A stretch of 64,000 bases of DNA from Felis catus (lineage: Eukaryota). This document shows positions 54,943-64,000 of this stretch, in pieces. The position numbers were made by a program, and so were the translations under genes. The DNA lies in assembly GCF_018350175.1 (NCBI RefSeq), contig NC_058368.1, positions 19,160,001-19,224,000 on the forward strand, in the 5' to 3' direction. The notes below the pieces were generated by a model, which had not been told where the DNA came from, made no database searches, and saw only the letters and a list, made by a program, of their open reading frames with translations. Numbering within the stretch: position 1 is the stretch's first letter; the number at the start of each line of letters is the position of its first letter.

Positions 54943-55281
54943 TTTTTTTTTAACATGAAATTTATTGTCAAGTTGGTTTCCATACAACACCCAGTGCTCA
55001 TCCCAACAAGTGCCCTCCTCAATACCCATCACCCACCCCCCCTCCCTCCCACCCCCCATCAACCCTCAGATTGTTCTCAGTTTTTAAGAGTCCTTTATGG
55101 TTTTCCCTCCCCCTCTTTTTCCTTCCCCTCCCCCATGGCCTTCTGTTAAGTTTCTCAGGATCCACATAAGAGTGAAAACATATGGTATATCTGTCTTTCT
55201 CTGTGTGACTTATTTCACTTAGCATAACACTCTCCAGTTCCATCCACATTGCTACAAAAGGCCATATTTCATTCTTTCTCA
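54943..55281 (-). mobile_element. Young L1 3' fragment, TSD tgaacaagattttt
   Basis: Reverse felid L1 3'UTR; direct repeats at ~54934 and ~55282. Confidence 0.9.
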
Positions 55282-56231
55282 TGAACAAGATTTTTAAGTA
55301 AACATGAGAAATACACTTAAAGATACAAGGGAAGATGTTAGTAACATGAAATAAGAATAAGAAATCGTATTGAAAAACCCAAGAGGATATCTTAAATGTA
55401 AAAGTCAAATTGTTGAAATAAAGAATCACTTCATGGCATAAACAGTAATTTGGATACATGTCGAAAGCAAGTTAATCCAGAGTTGGAAGAGGAGGTTGAG
55501 AAATCCCCAGAAAACAGAAGAGACCACAAAAGAAAAACCAGTTGATATAAAGGATAAAAACAGATCTCTAACACCTGGACTCTAGATAACAAAATATATA
55601 TATATATTTTTAAATAAATTTCCCCAAATTAAAGAAAATATCAAAAGTGATGTTTCATCTAACAAACATTTACATGGTATTTACTAAGTGCCAGGTATTG
55701 TCCTCATGCTTCACAAATATTTCAATTGGTCCTCAACCTTCAAGATAGTTACAATTATTATTTATTTTAACCAATTCACAGATCTTGAATAGTCATGTTT
55801 CTAATATCCACCATACTGATTTATAAGCCACTCATTGCTAATAAAAATTTGTGACCTTCCCTGTGGTAATTTACAGTGTTTCAGGTATTGATTGAAATGG
55901 GACAATGGAAGCCCTTGCAATGACCATCTCAAAATGGTCATCCCCCACCAGCCATGGACAGAGCATCCCCCATAAGGGCATCCAGCTGTCCTAGAGGGAA
56001 AGCTTAAAGTGACTGTAACTGGCATATGCATATTGTTAATGGCATACTGTCTAAGCAGTAGTAGCATAGGAAATTGTAAGCATAAAACAGTGTCTTTAAG
56101 TTGTGAGTTTGCCGAATTTCATTTATGTATAGTTTACGCTCATTACGAAAGAAGGTATATATATATATTCCCTATTCAATTCACCTTGAATGGTGCTTAA
56201 AATTTGGTAAAATTTGCATCTTATTACTTAC

Positions 56232-56290
56232 TTATTATTTCTTTGATGCATGAACCAGAGATATAAAGGGTTCCTCTTTAATCTCTGCAT
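56232..56290 (-). CDS. TPTE2: Probable first coding exon (whole exon 56232-56327): MQRLKRNPLYLWFMHQRNN+AA
   Basis: Long poly-T acceptor ending in CAG at 56328-56347, donor AA|gtaagt, ACCATG Kozak context, ends in phase 2 matching the downstream exons; LYLW motif as recalled for mouse Tpte. Confidence 0.75.
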
Positions 56291-56623
56291 GGTATTGTCT
56301 TGTGGACAACCACAATCTACAATTAATCTGAAAAAAAAAAAGAAAAGCACATATGACTTTTATATTCAGGATTTTTAAAATACATAGGATACTTGCCCTG
56401 TTAGGAAGAAAGTCACACATAGAACCTACCAGGTATGCATTGGCCTTTCTAAAGTCTTGAATCTACAACTTATAAGATCCACAACACTGTACAATTTTAT
56501 CATTCCTCTGAAATATGTATTCTGTATTTTATTTTAGTTCAAGGAATGGAAGAAAAAGTTTTTTGAATGTTCAGTAAAATTTAAGTTTAGTTCAAAGACA
56601 GAACACTTTAAAGACTGCTCTCT

Positions 56624-56862
56624 TGGGGCGCCTGGGTGGCGCAGTCGGTTAGGCATCCGACTTCAGCCAGGTCACGATCTCGCAGTCCGTGAGTTCGAGC
56701 CCCGCGTCAGGCTCTGGGCTGATGGCTCAGAGCCTGGAGCCTGCTTCCAATTCTGTGTCTCCTTCTCTCTCTGCCCCTCCCCCCTTCATGCTCTGTCTCT
56801 CTCTGTCTCAAAAATAAATTTAAAAAAACGTTAAAAAAAAAATTAAAAAAAAAAAAAAAAAA
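56624..56862 (+). mobile_element. Young SINEC_Fc-type SINE, TSD aaagactgct.tctt
   Basis: Near-consensus copy, long polyA. Confidence 0.93.
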
Positions 56863-57400
56863 GACTGCTGTCTTGCTACATAGGACCCGGCAAGTGAAAT
56901 AAAGTGAATTTCAAACCAAATTTACATCATCATAGTGATTTATGATATTTCCATCTTGAAACATTCCATAGCATAAATCAAAGGAGTGGTAAAGCAAAGA
57001 TATGTCCTTCAACATTTCACATAGCAGATTCGTGGCATGCAAGGGAACTGGAAGTCACTGGAGAATAAGACATTGCCAATTACATTGCCAAGTTACCAAA
57101 TAGGCGACTGAAATGTGCCACAAGGCCCTAAATTCTTGGCAAAGAGCAAAAAAATGAAAACAAACTGAAAAATACTTTTTTCATAAATAAATCAATTGGG
57201 GCATAAATTTTTATTTTGAGTTTGGGGCTTGAGAGCAAGCCACCTGTAAATCCTGTATCTTCAAGAGGTATCACCTCATGGACAGTGGGAGTAGGAATCC
57301 CAAAGTTCTTTTCCAGAGGTGGCCAGGAAAACCAATGTGGACCAAGACAGAGCCACGTATCTAAGGATCCTCTGTCCCTGCAAACCTCAGATCTGCTTAC

Positions 57401-57488
57401 CTACAGGTAGGGCGCTTTCAAGGGGCCACAGCAGAAGGGAGGTGGAGCACAGAAGGACTCAGATCTTGGGACTTGAATACAACTTTTC
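57401..57488 (-). other. Candidate upstream (5'UTR) exon
   Basis: ttgcttccacttag| acceptor-like site and AG|gtaagc donor in non-repetitive DNA about 1.1 kb upstream of the ATG exon; splice motifs only. Confidence 0.25.
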
Positions 57489-58542
57489 CTAAGTGGAAGC
57501 AAATATTACTCAAGATCCTATTATCAGTATTCTTTCCTGGATACTGCCTTTAACTTCTTTTTCTTTTAAAAAATTTTTAATTTCCCCAGACCAAGCCCAT
57601 TAAGTCAAATCTTGTCCCAGTTCCTGGCCAGCAACAAGGTTACTGCTTTTTGGTCCTATATTGGCCTAGTACACCCCCATCCCTGCCCACACATCACCAT
57701 TTCACATCCCCTCCACCTCTGGTTCCCTGGGGATGAGGAGGTCCTTTCTGGAAGGTCTCTGGGAAGAAGTGAACATTTATTAATCCCCCACTGCTGAGCA
57801 CAAGGCAAAACTTGCCATCTATGGCCACAAAGACCCCCACCTGCCCCTTTCCCCCCACCTTCAGCCCTCCCTGTAAGACATTCTTCTGTCTTTGAGGATG
57901 AAGGACAACATTAGCCAACATAGAAGGCAGAGGATGGGATGCCTTTGTCCAGAGACACCCTCCCACCCTTAGGTCTTTACCTGGTGCTGGTAACAAGCTA
58001 GTACTGGAATAAGAACTCCGTGTCCATGGCAACCCCAAACAACAGATTCCAAGTGGTCCTGAGTGTAGAAGAGTGGGGAATACAATGAACTTGGTTCCAC
58101 ACTGATTCCAGGTAGTTCTGAGATTGTAGTAGTACGGTGGGGAATACAGTGAACTTGGTTCTAGGCTATAGGGTCTTAAAAACAGATGCTGTTCTCCTTA
58201 AAGATGGGGGTACCAAGATCAAAGATCCCAGGATAATCTCAGAGAAGATTGTCTCACCTTATACTTTTTATTTTGCCAGAAAGAGAATGATCAAAGAGCT
58301 AAATGTTTTCTAATATAAAATTTGATTAAAATATGCAAGGTTGACACAGGACCCTTTATTTCCACAAACTATTGGAAATAAAATTATTTCCACAAACTAT
58401 CATTTCATGGGATTCAGAAGAAACAATCAAATATTATTTGTGAATTTAAAATACACCCATTTTCCTGGTAGAGTAAATCTGAGAAGGTGGAAACAAATGC
58501 CAAAAAACAAAAACAAATATAGAAAGTTTTAAAACTCTAGAT

Positions 58543-58772
58543 GAGGAGAGCCTGGGTGGCTCAGTCGGTTAAACAGCCGACTTTGGCTCAGGTCATGATC
58601 TCAAGGTTCGTGAGTTCGAGCCCCACATCATGCTCTGTGCTGACAGCTCAGAGCCTGGAGCCTGCTTCAGATTCTGTGTCTCTCTCTGTCTCTGTCTCTC
58701 TCTCTCTCTCTCTCTGCCCTCCCCCACTTGCTCTCTATCTCTCAAAAATAAACATTAAAATTGTTTTAAAAA
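58543..58772 (+). mobile_element. CanSINE
   Basis: SINEC body and (CT)n, TSD ctagatga. Confidence 0.9.
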
Positions 58773-59199
58773 GCTAGATGAAACATTAGAATTTTCTATA
58801 TGAAAATTATAATATAAAAATTACCACAAAAATAATTAAGAAAGATCTGTTTGACAGTTTGTGTTGGTACATGTTCTGATGCTGAATAGTCACAGTAGAA
58901 GTCATGGAAATGAGATTAAGGTTGTATTTATTTAATATTTCTATAAGTAGTTTGCAAGATACAAAAATGAATAAAACATGGTCACTGACTTCAGTGTCAC
59001 ATCGATGACCTCAAGGCCAGACCAGTTTGAAATATGCCCAGAGCATTCTGTTCTCTGTGAGAAAGACCCAGCCTAAAGAGAAACTACCAGAGCCTTGTCT
59101 GATCTAAGGAAAGGCCAAGAAGACAACCTTAGCCCCTTCTAGCCTTCCTGTCTCACATAGGAGGATGGAAAAGAGACAAACTCTTCTGAAGGTCACAGC

Positions 59200-60330
59200 C
59201 CTTGTTTCTTTTCATGTCTTAGTATTTTATTGAAGATTGGGCTTTTAAAATAATATAACAACTGCAAATCAGATTTTTCCCTTTCCTCGGGGTTTATTGT
59301 TGGTTTTTTTGGTGACTTTTCTGAATTCTAATTAGGAATTTCTAATTCAAAATTCTGTAAAGTCTCTATTCTTTGCAGAGTGTGGACATTTTTCGATTCT
59401 TTGGAAAGTGTGGAAAGTCTCCATTCTTTGCAGAGTGTGGAATTCTCTGCACTCTATTTTGTGTAGTCAGCTTGATTAGCATAATGATCAGCTAATAAAA
59501 GGACAGAGATTCCCTCAGATGCCTGGAACCAGTAAGTCTCTTAGTAGAGACAAAGGAGTTTCATGTACATGCTTGAGCATGTTTTTCACACAGCCAGGCA
59601 GATTACAACCCCACCATAACCTACATTTCTTTCTATGTGCAGAGCCTCAAGTTTGGTCAGAGATGAGAGCTTTAGGTCTTTCCAGGTCTTAAGTTTGCAA
59701 AATCCTAGACACGTGTACAGCCTTAGATATGCAGGTGGTCTTCTAGAGTCCCAGGAATAGGTTTCAACTTTTCAAAGCTCCCTATGGATAGCTCATAACA
59801 CAACTTTTTCTTTTGCCTCAACTATTATCTGTACCTCAGGCAGCCATGATGTTCAACAGTTGTCTTTGACTATCTTCAACAAATGTCCCCAGGGCAAACG
59901 CTGGGGGAGCTCCAAGTCAAGCAAAATGAAGACAGTCTTGTGAGTGGGGTCTTGCCGGGACCCACTAGATAGATCAAATAAGGACATTATCTGGGAATAG
60001 ACCTTTGAAGGAGTTCTAACCCCATTCTGTCCCCTCCATTGGCCTTCAGGTGGCTGGTTTATTCCATGATTGCAGGATGTTAGTCTTCAAGGCTGCCACA
60101 GAGCTGAGGAGAGTGTGACAGGAATGGTGCAAGTTAGAATACCACAAAGTTCATGATTCTTACCAAAATACAGCCTATGTTCTTAAATAAATGCTCCCCA
60201 GATTGCTGAAAGCCTTTGATTAATTTCTAGAGTTCTGCAAAAGGTGATTCTGATCATTTTTGCCAGTATTCTTGGTAATTTTATAAAGGAAGAATTTTTG
60301 GAGATCCCTATTTTGGCATTTTCACTGGCA
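59200..60330 (-). mobile_element. Probable ancient L1 (L1M) 5'-region fragment
   Basis: Composition and motifs resemble old L1M 5' sequence; not confirmed. Confidence 0.45.
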
Positions 60331-60352
60331 TTATTTCTAAACTTACTTAAAA

Positions 60353-60552
60353 AAATTTTTTTTAACGTTTATTTGTTTTTGAGACAGAGAGAGACAGAGC
60401 ATGAACGGAGGAGGGTCAGAGAGAGGGAGACACAGAATCTGAAACAGGCTCCAGGCTCTGAGAGCCCGATGCGGGGCTCGAACTCACGGACCGCGAGATC
60501 ATGACCTGAGCCGAAGTTGGCCGCTCAACCAACTGAGACACCCAGGTGCACC
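60353..60552 (-). mobile_element. CanSINE, TSD aaacttactt
   Basis: Reverse SINEC. Confidence 0.9.
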
Positions 60553-60893
60553 AAACTTACTTTTAAATGCACTGCTAAATTCAAAAGAAACCAAGGGAAT
60601 TACTAAGTGATCACAAGCACATAAACATACACATACATACATGCATACATACACACTCTGCTACTGAAAGTAAAGTGGTAAATGACAGAAGCTTGGAATG
60701 CTCTGGAAGTATGCCAAGCAAAAAAAAAAAAAATCTAGTTTTGTTGGTTAACATTGTGGCTGCCTGAAGTGACAAATAGGATGTGGGGCAAACAGTAGCC
60801 TAACCAAAATGGGGGTAGGGCGAAGGAGGGAGAGAGACAGGGTGAGGGTGTGTGAGGGAGAGGGGGGGGAGGGTGTGTGAGGGAGAGGGGGGT

Positions 60894-61742
<849 letters not shown>

Positions 61743-62244
61743 CAAGAAAGTTATAAAATGGCATGTGAAGAAAGGACTTTGAAAAACTCTAACATAATCC
61801 TGGGAATCTCGAGTTTTATTGTTTAGCTAAGTAATGGGATTTGACTTTGACAAAGTGGTAAGCTGAATCTAAGATCTGCACACAAATCCAGGCATCCCAA
61901 CTGGCTATATATTTAGTTGAGAAGAAAAACTTGGAAAAAATCTATATGCTGACAGAGTGACCAAAAAGCATATCAGTTTGTCTCTATTGGCATTTGGGTT
62001 TAAAAATATTAATAATTTTAATTTAATAGTCTTTCTTAATGTTTTGTAACCAGCTCTACTCTCTTCCTGGAATTTGAATTTATACCACAGTCTACCACCT
62101 CAATCCAATCAATTAAATTGAAATGGTTCTTGATTGGTAGTGATCCCTAGCACTCAGCACAAACCAAGGCGAATCATCTCAATTTAGATAGCTAAATTTA
62201 AGATTCCCAAAGCTAAAGTTTGGTCAAATAGGCGCTCTTTAAAA

Positions 62245-62454
62245 ATTTTTTTTAAAAATGTTTATGTATTTTTGAGAGATACAGAAAGAGTGTGAGCAAG
62301 GTAGAGGCAGAGAGAGAGGGACACAGAATCCAAAGCAGACTCCAGGCTCTGAGTTGTCAGCACAGAGCCTGACATGGGGCTCAAACTCATGAACCATGGG
62401 ATCGTGACGTGAGCCAAAGTAGGACGCTTAACCAACTGAGCCACACAGGCACCC
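62245..62454 (-). mobile_element. CanSINE
   Basis: Reverse SINEC. Confidence 0.9.
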
Positions 62455-62924
62455 CATAGTCAAATACGAACTCTTAACACAATCTAGGAAACATGTGAGG
62501 AATCACACCCTCATGAACAGAAGTCAATAGAAATTATAAGAAGAAAAAAATCAAAAGACTATAGGTATTAAAGTAAGAAACTTTATGCTCAGGAAGTACG
62601 TTTAAAAGTGTGTTTGAAGTGAAAGACATCAACACTACCTGGAACAGGAAAAAGGGCTGTTGACCTGCTTTGGAACTTCAAGCTGATTTTTTGAAGGAGA
62701 GGATTCTTGGACTTGAAGGACAGTAAATAATAAGCCAGGAGGAAAGAAAGTGGTGAGAAAACTCCAGACAGAAAAATCATAAAAAAAACAATTACATGGA
62801 AGCATTGAACAGCATGCAGACTTTAGGGAAAACGGTAAACATTATTACTCCCATAACATGCAGAGCAGGGAAGAGCAGACATTTTAAAAATAGTCCCATA
62901 CACCATATTAAGAAGTACAGACTT

Positions 62925-64000
62925 TATACACCAACAAATTAGACAACCTAGAAGAAATGGATAAATTCCTAGACACAAATAATCTTGTAAACTAAATCAG
63001 GAAGAAATATAAAATTTGAACAGGCCAATTACTAGCAATGGAATTGAGTCAATAATCCAAAAATTCACAGCCAACAAAAGTCTAGGACCAGATGAATTCA
63101 CAGGTGAATTCTACCAAACATTTAAACAAGAGTTAATACCTATTCTCAATATATCCAAAAAGAAATAGAAAGAAGGAAAGTATCCAAAAATAGTCTATGA
63201 GCATTCTCCAGATATCAAAACCATACTAAGACAGTATAAAAAAGTAAACTGCAGGCCAATATCTCTGATAGAGATACAAAAATCCCCAACAAAATATTAG
63301 CAAACCTCATTCAGCAATACATTAAAAAGATCATTCATCACCATTAGGTGCGATTTATTCTGGGAATGCAAGGATAGTTCAATATTCACAAATCAATATG
63401 ATATACATCAACTAAGGATAAAAATCATGTCTTCTCAATAGAATTTTGTCAAATGCTTTTTCTGTACCAACTTCTGTTCATGATAAAAACTCAACAAAGT
63501 GGGTTTAGAGGAAACATACCTCAATATTATAAAGGCCATATATGAGGGGTACGTGGGTGGCTCAATCAGTTAAGTGTCTGGCTTCAGCTCAGGTCATGAT
63601 CTCGCAGTTCATGAGTTTGAGCCCCTCGTTGGGCTCTGCACTGACAGCTCAGAGCCTGGAGCCTGCTTCGGATTCTGTATCTCCCTCTCTCTTCCCTTCA
63701 TCCACTCACACTCTGTATCTCTCTCTCTCTCTCAAAAATAAACATAAAAATTTTTTAAATAAAAAAATGAATGCCATATATGAAAAACGACAGCTAAAAA
63801 TCATACTCAGATGTGAAAAACAGCTTTTCCTCTAAGATCAAGAACAAGAGAAGGATGTTCATTCTTACCACTTTTATTCATAGGCATCCAAATAAGTAAG
63901 GAAGACATTAAACTGTCACTATTTGCAGATGACATAAATACTATACATAAAAAATCCTAGACTCCACCAAAGAACTTTTTGAATAAAGGAACAGTAAAGT
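62925..64000 (+). mobile_element. L1 ORF2 fragment containing a CanSINE at ~63546-63765
   Basis: caacaaattagacaacctagaagaaatggataaattcctaga.. ORF2 sequence; SINE TSD gccatatatga. Confidence 0.88.

Larger units (their letters stand above)
353..56327 (-). other. TPTE2: 5' portion of a TPTE/TPTE2-like (voltage-sensing phosphoinositide phosphatase) gene; continues beyond position 1
   Basis: 13 AG/GT-bounded minus-strand exons with phase-2 junctions splice to MQRLKRNPLYLWFMHQRNNK-IMDSSDNSDDHG-DDLDEFISGISNEATNER-YNNTPMSSLVSSGHNINNS-SDRNKLTSVTDKEVTSKS-PNPNELTSETYEEDDNEI-HAQNELTLENYEESTNEI-ITLTGWKSDSYEEVTSKI-HAQNELTLENYEESTNEI-TALTESKSDGYEEFTSEI-TAMSEWTAVSSKGLSNAN-IALSELTTVTSGEIIKDI-NDPSQGKKVTSVDP. 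From recall: mouse Tpte starts MYGEKKSHLYLW..., and human TPTE has 18-aa N-terminal units on 54-nt exons. No catalytic exon is in the window. Confidence 0.8.

Overview
Felid (cat-family) genomic DNA, judged from SINEC_Fc-type CanSINEs and carnivore L1s, and dominated by retroelements. The ORF track shows only L1 fragments, SINE readthrough and microsatellite junk. Read by splice signals, the minus strand carries the 5' part of a spliced gene: an ATG-containing exon (56232-56327, MQRLKRNPLYLWFMHQRNN) followed by 12 tiny phase-2 exons (one 36/39 nt, one 57 nt, nine 54 nt and one anomalous 53 nt). These splice into one ~230-aa acidic, Ser/Thr-rich reading frame. Each micro-exon sits in a degenerate ~1-kb exon+intron unit that was tandemly duplicated and later pushed apart by L1/SINE insertions. 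The architecture (18-aa repeats on 54-nt phase-2 exons) and the LYLW-containing N-terminus match what I recall of TPTE/TPTE2 (voltage-sensing phosphatase, VSP/TPIP; mouse Tpte). The voltage-sensor and PTEN-like exons would lie beyond position 1. The gene name comes from recall, not a search. Other notable points: an apparent gene-conversion tract that makes two exons identical, a frame-breaking 53-nt exon, repeated independent retroelement insertions at paralogous sites, and an ~850-bp pure-purine tract. Repeat boundaries are approximate.
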